A stretch of DNA of 63,982 bases, counting the filler, from Folioceros fuciformis (Eukaryota), in assembly GCA_049999805.1 (NCBI GenBank). It is 5 parts of 5 records of this genome, joined end to end, with 100 filler letters (N's around TTAATTAATTAA, not from the genome) between each part and the next. Parts side by side here need not be neighbours in the genome. Positions count along the whole stretch, not along the records: positions 1 to 23,553 come from JBNGIO010004034.1; positions 23,654 to 45,414 come from JBNGIO010004038.1; 3 more parts are not named here. One strand, given 5' to 3'. Position numbers and translations under genes: made by a program. A model generated the notes under the pieces. That model saw only the letters and a program-made list of their open reading frames with translations. It had not been told where the DNA came from and did not search any database. Positions within the stretch are counted from its first letter, which is position 1; each line of letters starts with the position of its first letter. Below are positions 13,447 to 23,654 of the stretch, piece after piece.

Positions 13447-13463
13447 TCAGCCATACCTTAGAA

Positions 13464-14828
13464 ATAGAGCTGAACGCCCTGAGTTTAACCTTACTCATAC
13501 CGTGAGCCTCAATTGTCATCGTTGCACGTGCTGACGTGCAAAGAAAATTTCTCAACCCGATTGGAAAAGGTACATTTACGGTGGGAGGGGCCGCACGCTG
13601 GAATACTCAGGGACCAGCAAATCTTAACTTCCTCCAGGGGTGGGTTGACAACAGCCGGTACAATGATCAACAAGGTGATGTACCTGGTAGGCTGCTCTGA
13701 CGAAGAATTGTCGGCAAATTGAACTTGAGGAATCTTCAGTTCGTCAGAGTAAGGACTGCATCGTTCAGGATGCTTGGTTTGCATTGTTGCAGCTTTCACC
13801 TCTGATGCTGGGACAACCCACCCAGTCATAGCCACCACATCGGTTCACGAGAGCACCACAACAGGATCATTTTGTCCGAATTCGGCCTCATCGATGAACC
13901 AGTTCACCTCCAGTGTGAGCCTAGTGCTGCTGAAGACGAACATTACCTACACAGTCAGGTCTCAACAACCAGACTGCAACTTTGGACTCCTCTTCACCTT
14001 CTTCGTCAACCCGGATCCATCACAGATATTTTCCTTAGACAGAGACGTTGGGGTTGCTTACAGTTTGGGCGTGCTACAACCCAACGGCCCAGCGACTGAC
14101 TCGTTCGGCAGTCTCGTTCCCCCGCAGGACAGCGCCTACGTTAACGGAGACCAACATCATGCAAGGGCTTTCTTCAATGGCGACCACCTGAGCAAGAGCA
14201 TACCCTGACCAGAAACGTTCTCTACAGAAAGCACAGCTGACCACCTTTTCCAATGCCATCGACACAGATGTGGAGCTGCCTCCGTCCTCCCAACTTGACT
14301 TTTACTCAAACACCAACTTTCCAGCCTCCTCGATTGCTCATGACAAGACCTTGGCCTTCTTCAGGCCCGACATCACCGCGTACCTATTCCCCGTCCACCT
14401 TTGGGACCCTCCCAAGAGCTTTCAGAATCACGACCACATCGTATTCACCCTAGACGCAGACACGTATTCCAGCAGCGGTGTTGTCGCGGACTTCTTCGTG
14501 CAGAACCTTGCATCCGCAGGTATGGCAACACTTTCATTCCCATTTGAGCATGTAAGCTTCAAAGTGGCTGACTATACCCCTATCGATTGCAGATACTTGT
14601 GGAACGAATAATGGAGTACCAAATGTGTTTGACCTTCCTGTGGACTCAAATTCACCAAACCCGAGTCCTCCTCGGGTCGCTTTCCACTTGAGTAAGCACT
14701 TCAATGCCACAAGAGACGGACATGAGATTGCTGAACAGCGAACGACAGTGTCCGACAGCTCTTCACATTGTGCAGGAGCTGCCGCTGGAGTATTCTTCCT
14801 TTGCCTTGTGCATCTCCTACGCGCGTAG
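13464..14828 (+). pseudogene. Putative secreted phytocyanin-like + fasciclin-like GPI-anchored fusion gene, disrupted
   Basis: Signal-peptide-like (ATA)ELNALSLTLLIP*ASIVIVARA is followed by TFTVGGAARWNT..QGWVDNSRY. Phase-1 intron 13675-13792, then HPV..FC..PDCNFGLLFTFFV. Frameshift near 14190. FAS1-like LTTFSNAI, LAFFRPDITAY, DHIV. Intron 14520-14592, then DTCGTNNGVPNVFDLPV and a hydrophobic C-terminus. Confidence 0.55.
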
Positions 14829-15109
14829 ACATCATCGACACGTCCGCTAGTTAGGTTTAGCGTCACTATGAGTTTCCTGAACAGCCTTAGCTTGGAACAG
14901 CAACGGAGCAATGGAACAACCGCAGATTTCTAAGCGGCTTCTTTTATGATGTGGAGTCCATCCTTTCATTGACTTTTGCCGTTCAATGTCCTACAGCTTG
15001 TTGAACTTGCTTCCAACAACTAAGGAGGAGACCGACGACTATACCCGATGCTTGCCAATTTTCATGCCTAGCTTAGTCCAGCCCTAAGGAGACTAGCCCT
15101 GCTACAATT

Positions 15110-15575
15110 TTCTTGTGTTGCTGGATGCCACCGGACTTGCTTCGTTCTGGAAACACGATTTCGTCTCCAGGGACGTCTCTGTGCTGTTAGTAGGATGGTA
15201 TCATGAATGACCGTTGCCTGATGTGATCCCAGGCACGCTTGTAGTAGAGCATCGAGGGATTTGGGGTTGAATCAGGAAATCCTGCTACACAATTCCCACT
15301 TCTTTCCTTCAAGGTGTCCTGGGTCATGCCTCCTGCTGTATGTAAACTCTTACGAGTCTGAATGTGTATACATCAGAGAGTGCCGAGGGCTGTAGTAGGG
15401 CATAGCTCTATCATCTCAGAGCAGTAAGCAAGCATGAAAGCCAAACGAACACGTAGTGTGGAGTCGACAAACTTGGGCATCTCAGTAATGAGTGGGGTGT
15501 CTCTACTGCTGGTAAGGATGGGCACTTTTGGAAGAGCTCGCTTTGCAGGCAGCATCAGAACCCAACGAAGCCAGC
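15110..15575 (-). pseudogene. Inverted, truncated GT61 paralog fragment (exon 4-intron 4-exon 5)
   Basis: RWVLMLPAKRALPKVPILTSSRDTP matches exon 4 of the tandem genes. The reverse complement of ~15110-15280 matches exon 5. Intron-4-derived sequence is retained. Confidence 0.85.
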
Positions 15576-16218
15576 AGCTGCTGCAGGCATTTACGCGGAA
15601 CAAAAACGACGGGCAGGCTTGTCGAACACTTTGAAGCCATAAAGCCCAGGCTTGCACGAAGGTCCAAGCTCTTCAGATATGTTGTGTTCAGTCAATTACC
15701 TTGAGAGAATGTTGTCCTTCGCTACCACTTCCGTATGTCTGGAACCAAGATGAACAGAACAAACACAGGGCCAATCCCCTTACTTACACATTCCCCTGGT
15801 AGAACTACAAGTTGTCAGAGCATTCTGTCTCCAACTCCAAGGATCTGAAACGGAGAAACATGACAAGGGGTATCCACCGACGAAGACTATGAAAAACAAC
15901 AGCAGGATCTCTTCGAACTTGCCGATGTCATGACTTTAGGGCAGGGAGATCCTGTGCAAATGTCCTCTACTGAGATCTTCCACCTCAGCACTGGTACCAC
16001 TGGCAGCTCGGCACTGGCACCGACACATGATGCTAGAACATGGCATAGGACTGCAGTTGTGGCAGGGTTATGAAAATGGAAAGAAAATGCAGGTGAGAAT
16101 CTCGCTGCAGAGAAGTTCTTCGGGATGACCTAGTACTGAAAGTACATGCATGTTTTTGTGAGCTTCACTTGCGAAATCTATCTATTTACACAGGCAGTTG
16201 ATGTGAGAGACGCCTAGA

Positions 16219-17622
16219 CTAATGCAGCACATTGGGGAACCACTGGAATGAATCAGTTGGAGCTTGATACTCTCCTTTCACCATGTACCAAGAATGCCTG
16301 CATGTAACAAAAGCATCCAACTTGTTTCCACAGCGCAGGGAACAGGATCTTGAAGCCACAGAAATCCAAACTGAACAGTTTGACAATCAAGTAGCAAGAG
16401 CACAATACCGTCCGACACGAAGCTTGGTTGCAAGGGCCCAACGAAGCAACCTCGGGTGCAGACGAGCTGGGAGAGAAAAGCTGGTGAGGGGCCCTTCTTC
16501 AGCCGCCACACACAGCTTCACGCATGCTCCTTCGTCCTTTGAAATGGTATGCCCGAACACATGCATACCTGTGGTGTACCCCCTGCGTCCGTGTGATGGT
16601 GAAACTCAGAATGATATCCTCATCAATTCCAAGCTGGAGACCTCAGCCAAGCTCAACATGAAATAGAAGAGGTTAGAGTTTCCTACACTATCTTGTTCTC
16701 CTTGAGGGCAACCCACGCCTTCGTAGGCGTCTTGTGAAGCGCAGACGTGATGTCATTGTCCCGTGAGTATCCCAGCCCAGCATCGATGAAGAGGGCAGAG
16801 CAAGCATCAATGTCCCCCTCTTCCATCCTACGAGTCTCGATTCCTGCCACCTACAACAACTTAACGGACAATTGAGCAATCGGCAGAAAAACAAATATGG
16901 ACACGTAACCCACCAGCCGTTGATATCCCGACAGCAGCAGCTGCAGCTTCAGCTCGACTGGCGTCCACAGAGCCATACAACAGTGTGAAGCACTCCACGG
17001 GGACGAACCCGAGGCTTGAGTACAGGGAAAAGCTACTCTGATTCGGAGCTGACTGTTTCACCCAAACGCCAAACGGTGAGCCACGGTGCGCGGCGGCTCA
17101 GCAAGGAGCCCTCAGTGCATGTATCCTGATCAACGTACCTGAGTGAGCCGCACAGACGGCACCTGTGCAGCCTCCGCGTCCTCCAGCAAGGCCAGCATCA
17201 CCATCTTCCCAATTCCCTTGCCTTGTGCATCGGGACGGACAAACACGGGGCCGATTGCCCACACCGTCTTACCTGAAGCGAAGTCACAGGACTCCACTTC
17301 AGCCAGCAGACGAAGGGCAGGACATTGCACACGAGGCGGAGAGCAGAAAAGGAGAAATCAGCCGAACTGACAAGATGAGCAGACTACCGCGGTGAATAAA
17401 TCCTCCACCCAATAGCTCGCCAGAGGAATCATCCAGCACGGAAACGCCCGCGACGGCGGGATCAGAACCCATATGCTCGACCATGGAGACGCCTTCCTCC
17501 ACAGTTAGCAGGTCCAACTCAGGCGGAATTCTCGTTGCAACATTCTCCCCCAGGAAAGCATGGTAGAAGGCGGCCCCGGAAGCCTGCGCATCCTCTAGCC
17601 GGAACTCTCGCAAGGTCACCAT
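16219..17622 (-). CDS. Two-domain GNAT family N-acetyltransferase, ~6 exons
   Basis: ATG at 17622. Acetyl-CoA motif A IGPVFVRPDAQGKGIGKMVM and motif B NQSSFSLYSSLGF. Second domain IETRRMEEGDIDAC..KIVGYTTG..FGH. Exons include 16582-16409 and 16297-16219, ending YMVKGEYQAP..FPNVLH*. Two splice junctions have alternative placements. Confidence 0.85.
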
Positions 17623-18087
17623 ACTGTTCTTCTGCTGGGTTCCCTCAAACGATTGCAAGGTGATCCCCACACGGTTCTTCAGGAATCCGGACCCGGCGAG
17701 AGGGACAACCCGTGCGCGTGTCCTCAGCGTCCTCAGTGTCCTGTGCCACGCTGGGGCTTCCCGGATGTGCACAGTCTCAGTCATACGGTTGCACTCGATT
17801 CCCACATTTGAAATCATAGTTTTCTCCATCAGTCGCGCACACACACACACCACCAACACACAGCATGTCACGAAGAGAATGTTCCTTTCGAATACGATGG
17901 TTTCCTGCAGGCACTCTTGCACCTTGCACGTCGAGTTGCTGTCCCACCTGTCTCGCAACAGCCGCACACACGGCGCAGGTCTACTGTGTGGCCAAGAGGA
18001 AAGTATCTTGTACCGCCTGCCCGGCTGGCTGTACATGGTGTATGTATGTATGTGTGTACATTTGTGCGCCGGCTCTCATCGGGCTCT

Positions 18088-21000
18088 TGTTAGAAATCCA
18101 TAGGGTTTTGTAACAACACATCTAGACTAGAATGTCTGTAAGTATATCCCAGGATATATAGCATAATACCATGGTAGAGATATTGTTTATCCACATAGCG
18201 GTATTGTCATGCTTGAACGCTATATATTCATGTATAGGCTATCAATCTTAATGTAGTAGGCTATCAATCTTAATGTAGTGAACCAGACATTGATCCTGGG
18301 ACTCACTATTTTCTAACATGGTATCAGAGCCGAAGTACTTGAGTTCAGAAGATGCATAGGGTACTCGGTACTACCTTATGTAGAACTATCTTTTCTTGCT
18401 TCTCTTGCATTGTGTGGCTACGTAGACTAGGTGTTTGTAATAGCTTGTGCAAGTCCGTGAACCTTACCGATAGTTATTGGTGCGAGGAAGTCATTCTGTT
18501 TATCCTCTTGTAACGCAAGCATGGATACTATGCGTCTTGTGCAGAATTTGATGGCAAGAACTTCATATCATGGAAGATGAAGTTTAAGGCTCTTCAAAGG
18601 ATTGTGGAAGTATGTTCAAGATGGACTTCTAGCAAATCCTAGCAGTACTACGATAGTAGTGGGCACACAATCCAGCGGATGGCCTCACAAGAGTAGTGGG
18701 CACACAAGCCAGCGGATGGCCTCACAAGACCCTCGGCACCCGCAAGTCCGCCCTTGCCTTTATGCGGAAACGCTAGACGTGAAGACCACCTCCCCTCCTT
18801 ATAGATAGGGCCCAACTTCACGTCGTTCACTTTCTCTCATGTTGCTAAGATAGCATCTATCCAAGCCCTTCTCGCTATCACAGCTGCTTTCAATATGGAG
18901 ATACATCATATGGATGTCCAAACCGCTTTTTTGAATGGTGACCTAGATGAAGAAATATATATGGAACAATTAGAAAGACCCAACAGGAACAGACATTCAT
19001 GTGCTTTATCGATGGGGATCATGCCAACTCATCAAAGAAGGATGAGAGTCTTTATCTTGACTTTGGCGCAACTCAACATTTCAGCTATAACCTTCCTTGG
19101 TTTACTAGCTATGCACAACTCCCGACGGGTCATACTATGGCATTGGGTGATAATACGTCACAAGACATCAGGGGAAAAGTTTCTTTACAAGTCCAATCGC
19201 AGAGTGGAACCTCTACACGGATTCAAGATGTGTATCATGTGCCTAATCTCCCAAGAAATCTTCTTTTTGTCGCTAAGATTGCAAATATAGGTCACGAGGT
19301 CGTCTTCAATTCTCAAGGTTATCGCATCCAACTTGTCCAACCAGAGTCACCACACAATTCAGTCATTGCTCATGGTGTTCATGTGGGAAACTTGTTCAAA
19401 TTATGTGCTTCCAAGGGAAAGCAAACTTGTACATTTGTAACTAGTTCACAAGATTGTACCGGATCTGTTGGCCTATGGCATCAGCGTTTGGGGCATATCG
19501 GAGTTGACAGACTCAACTTGATGAAGACCCGCCATATGGTGACGGGATTGGATTTGAAGGAGATCAATGAGATACAATTATGTCAAGGACGTACGATGGG
19601 GAAGCTACATCACACCAAGTTAACGTGCAAGGCGCTAGAGCTAGTGCACACTAATGTGTGCGGGCCAACGAAAAACCCTACCCAGGGTGGCGCCCCCTAT
19701 ATTCTCATATTTGTTGACGATTTTCACATGGAAGGTATGGACTTACCTCTTGAAGGAGAAATCTCAGGTGTTCCAAGCCTTTAAGGAGTGGAAAGCCTTG
19801 GTTGAGAACGAACGTAATGAGCACTTGCAGATACTTCGTAGCAACAATGGAGGAGAATATGTCTCCTCTTCGTTCCAAAGTTTTTGCCAAGAAAACGACA
19901 TCAAATGGCAACTCACAATTCCGCACATGCCTCAACAGAATGGAGCAGCAGAGCGCAAGATACGGAGCCATGTCGAAACCGCTAAGTGCATGCTCGACCA
20001 AAATGCCTTGCCAATCTGTTTTTGGGGAGAGGCTATTATGACAGCAACCTATGTGCTAAATAGAGTTCCAACAAAGGCTGTACCCAACATGACTCCCGAG
20101 GAAGCATGATTTGGCATAAAACTTGGCATCAGCCATCTGCAGATCTTTGGATCCACGGTTTATGCTCATGTTCCGAAGGCCAACTAGACCAAGTGGGATC
20201 CATAGGGCATCAAATGCCTTATGTTTGGTTATTCCAATGAGGTTAAAGGTTATTGATTATACGATCCTACCACAAAGAAGATATTTTTTAGTTGGGATGT
20301 TGTTCTTCATGAGGTTGCCGAACCTACTAGTGGAATGGGAGAGCCCACTTCTTCACCCTTTATCTCGCAAGATTCCCTGTCGTCTGACAAAGACCACACC
20401 AGGGATTCTACAGCTCATGACAACCATGGACAATTTACCACATTGCCCGTTGCACCTTCTCAACTTTCTGACATCAAGGGGGGAGAGAGAGATACTCCTA
20501 TTGCCACTGCAGTTGAAGAATTGAAGGCACCTCTAAGAATTGTCGCAGTTGAAGATGAAAATGCAGAACTAAGTATTCCAGAGACGTATCCAATCTTAAG
20601 AAGATCAACTAGAGAAAGGAAACCTTCACGAAAGCTTTTAGACTCTATCAATGGATGTGTATAGAAGGAGCCAACATGTTTTATAGACGTTGAAGAACCA
20701 CAAAGCCTGACGGAAGTGTTACAAGGTCCAAAAGCAAAGGAATGGAGAAAAGTTGTGGACAACGAGTACAACTCACTTATCAAAAATAAACCATGGAAAA
20801 TTACTCCTCTACCTCATGGAAGGAAAAGCATAGGGTCCAAATGGACCTTCAAGATTAAGCGAAAGGCCGATGGTAGTATAGAACGATATAAGACGAGGTT
20901 AGTAGAGAAAGGGTATACACAAGTCCTCAGTGTGGACTATACCGACACTTTCTCTCATGTTGCTAAGATAGCATCTATCCAAGCCCTTCTCGCTATCACA

Positions 21001-22476
21001 GCTGCTTTCAATATGGAGATACATCATATGGATGTCCAAACCGCTTTTTTGAATGGTGACCTAGATGAAGAAATATATATGGAACAATTAGAAGGGTTTG
21101 AGGTACCAGGACAAGAACACGAAGTTTGTAAGCTGCAGAATGCTCTCTATGGTCTTAAACAATCTGCCCTTGCTTGATATCATAAGCTCGATAATCACTT
21201 ATAGTCTATTTATGTGAAGCAAGTCGGAGAATCACTTGTTATCATTGCTGTGTACGTAGATGACTTGATCATTGCTAGCAACGACGTGGAACTTTTAAAC
21301 TCAACTAAGAGGAATCTCAAAGAAAGTTTTGATATTCGAGACATGGGCGAGCTCCATTATTTCTTAGGAATAAAGGTGGAAAGACAAAGGATCAATAGGG
21401 TAATCTCCTTAAGTCAGCAACATATGTGGAGAACATGCTGGAGCATTTTGGAATGCAAGATTGTAAACCGATAAGAACACCAATGATCCTCAACGAGAAA
21501 CTATCAAAGGAAGCAAATCCTACAAACGAAAATGTGACAGAAGAAGTAGATAAAAATCTTAACCAACGTGTTGTTGGTTGTCTCACCTATTTGGCAAGCA
21601 CAAGCCCATACATCGCAGAGGCAGTGGGGGTTGTGAGCCAATTCTTGGTCAATCCTCAACAACAACATTATGAAGTAGTCAAGACAATTTTCAGGTATTT
21701 GCAGGGTACATAGCACTAGAAATTGACTTACCAAAAGCAAAAAGAAGAAGCCCAGGTTGTTGGATTTTGTGATTCAGATTGGGCTGGAGACGTCCATACT
21801 CGCCAGTTTGGCACTGGATATGACTTCATGCTATTTGGGGGAGCCATCTCGTGGAGTAATAGATGTCAACCCATAGATGTCAACCCACAGTAGCACTATC
21901 CTCTATAGAAGCACAATACATGACAACCTTAGTTGCATCAGTGGAAGTCATATGGCTTCGTAGATTGCTCGAAGAGATGGGATTCAAGCAAAAGCATGCG
22001 ACCCTCATCTTCAATGATAACCAAGGTTGCATTCATTTGGCGAAGAATGCTATTTTTCATGCACGGATGAAAACATTGAAGTTCAGCATCACTTCATTAT
22101 GGAGAAAGTCCAATCTAAAGAAATAGAATTAGCTTACTGTCCTATAGAGGACATGTTGGCCGATGTTCTTACCAAAGGTCTAGCCTTAGAGAAACATATG
22201 AAGTTTAACAAGACGTTAGGGTTAATTGAGTAAGTCTTATAGGTTAGATTGTCGATGTATTGAGTGGGAGTGTTAAAAATCCATAGAGTTTTGTAACAAC
22301 TTATCTAGACTAGAATCGTAAGTATATCCCAAGATGTATAGGATAATATCATAGTCGAGATATTGTTTATCCACATGGAGGTATTGTCATGCTTGAATGC
22401 TATATATGTATGTATAGGGTATCAATCTAAATGCACTGAACTAGAGATTGATCTTGGGAGTCACTGTTTTCTAACA
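18088..22476 (+). mobile_element. Two-LTR but degenerate Ty1/copia retrotransposon
   Basis: 5' LTR 18088-18318 (TG..CA), tRNA-Met PBS tggtatcagagc 18319-18330, PPT gagtgggag 22262-22270, 3' LTR 22271-22476, 5-bp TSD gctct on both sides. Protease, integrase (LWHQRLGH, QQNGAAER), RT (YGLKQS, YVDDL) and RNase H are broken by stops and frameshifts. Confidence 0.97.
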
Positions 22477-22531
22477 GCTCTCAAGTTACATGCCCAGGCT
22501 ATGACTCCCGTGAGGCTTTTAGGCTCTATGA

Positions 22532-22642
22532 GGCTGACGAGGCTCGGGTAGTGTACCGAACTCGTCCCCTACTTGCCTGTGAGGGTTACAGGCTCTCTCA
22601 GGCTGATGAGGCTCGGGTAGTGTACTGAACCCGTCCCCTACT
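22532..22642. repeat. Direct repeat ~40 bp x2 at 70-bp spacing
   Basis: ggctga(c/t)gaggctcgggtagtgtac(c/t)gaac(t/c)cgtcccctact at ~22531 and ~22601. Confidence 0.75.
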
Positions 22643-23597
22643 GCCTTGCCACCCGTAGACCAGCACGTCCTGCAGCGTCCGCCATGGACGCCAGTACCTC
22701 AAGGACACGTGGAAGACCTCCGACACAAAGGAGAATGCAAAAAGAATTGCCCAAACGTGATAATAAATCAAGCGGGCGAGGGACAGGCACGCGGGGTAAG
22801 TCGACAGTCACGACAGGCGACGGCCATTGGCTCGGTGTCTACAGCAATCATGGGGCATTTATGGCCCTGAAGCGGAAGCTGCATCGTCGGCAGCTGGTCG
22901 AATGGAATCGTCACGCTCAGTTCAGACCTGACACTGCTGTCTTGCTTTGCAGGCAGGTCTCCATTTAAAGTTCCCCCTCCCGTGCGGCTGTCAATTATAT
23001 TTTGTTACTGTTCCGTTACCGGGCCCCCTTTCCCTTTCCCCTTCCCCCGCCGCGCCAAGATCTACCAACGGGAAGAGCTGGAGGGCAGTGGAGGAGCGAC
23101 GTGCGGGCTCGGTAGACATTCGCGCGCGTTTGGAAAACGGAAAAGATGTGCAACAACCGGATTCGGATTCGGATTCTCCATCGCAGTTGGTAGAATAGAA
23201 GAGGTGTTGGGTGGGCTCTGGTTGGGTGAGATGAGCAGCAGCCCCTTTGTCGTAGCAAAGCAAGTCGCAGGATGAGAGGGCCACTCCTGCGCGCTCCAAC
23301 AGGTGAGAGCAGCGGCTGATATCTCGCTACTGGTGCGTCCTGGTTAATTCCAGGTACAGATTTTTTGACCCGGCGTGTCCGTCTGCTGCGGAACACCTGG
23401 GCCCGCTTTCCCTCACACTTCTACGTGGTCCGATCAGATGCGCCTTTGGGCTATGTAGGCATGATTGTCTGTGGATTCCACAAAGCCTGTTCACGCGGGC
23501 TGGTACAACATACGTCTGTCCTCCACTGCACTCGGCTTCCTCCCTTCCACCCANNNNNNNNNNNNNNNNNNNNNNNNNNNNNNNNNNNNNNNNNNNN

Positions 23598-23609
23598 TTA
23601 ATTAATTAA
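23598..23609. other. Artificial contig-join spacer TTAATTAATTAA within N-run
   Basis: Six-frame-stop 12-mer centred in an N-run. The same spacer occurs at 45459-45470, 52884-52895 and 62451-62462. Confidence 0.95.
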
Positions 23610-23654
23610 NNNNNNNNNNNNNNNNNNNNNNNNNNNNNNNNNNNNNNNNNNNNA

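Noticed and set aside
12102-13454. 450-aa Ser/Phe-rich minus-strand ORF (and the 280-aa Ser/Pro ORF)
   Set aside because: Antisense shadow of the purine-rich K/E repeat, which produces few reverse-strand stops.
23270-23553. Possible Fringe/galactosyltransferase-like exon (RVRLLRNTWARF)
   Set aside because: A single weak motif, a very short implied intron, and truncation by a gap.
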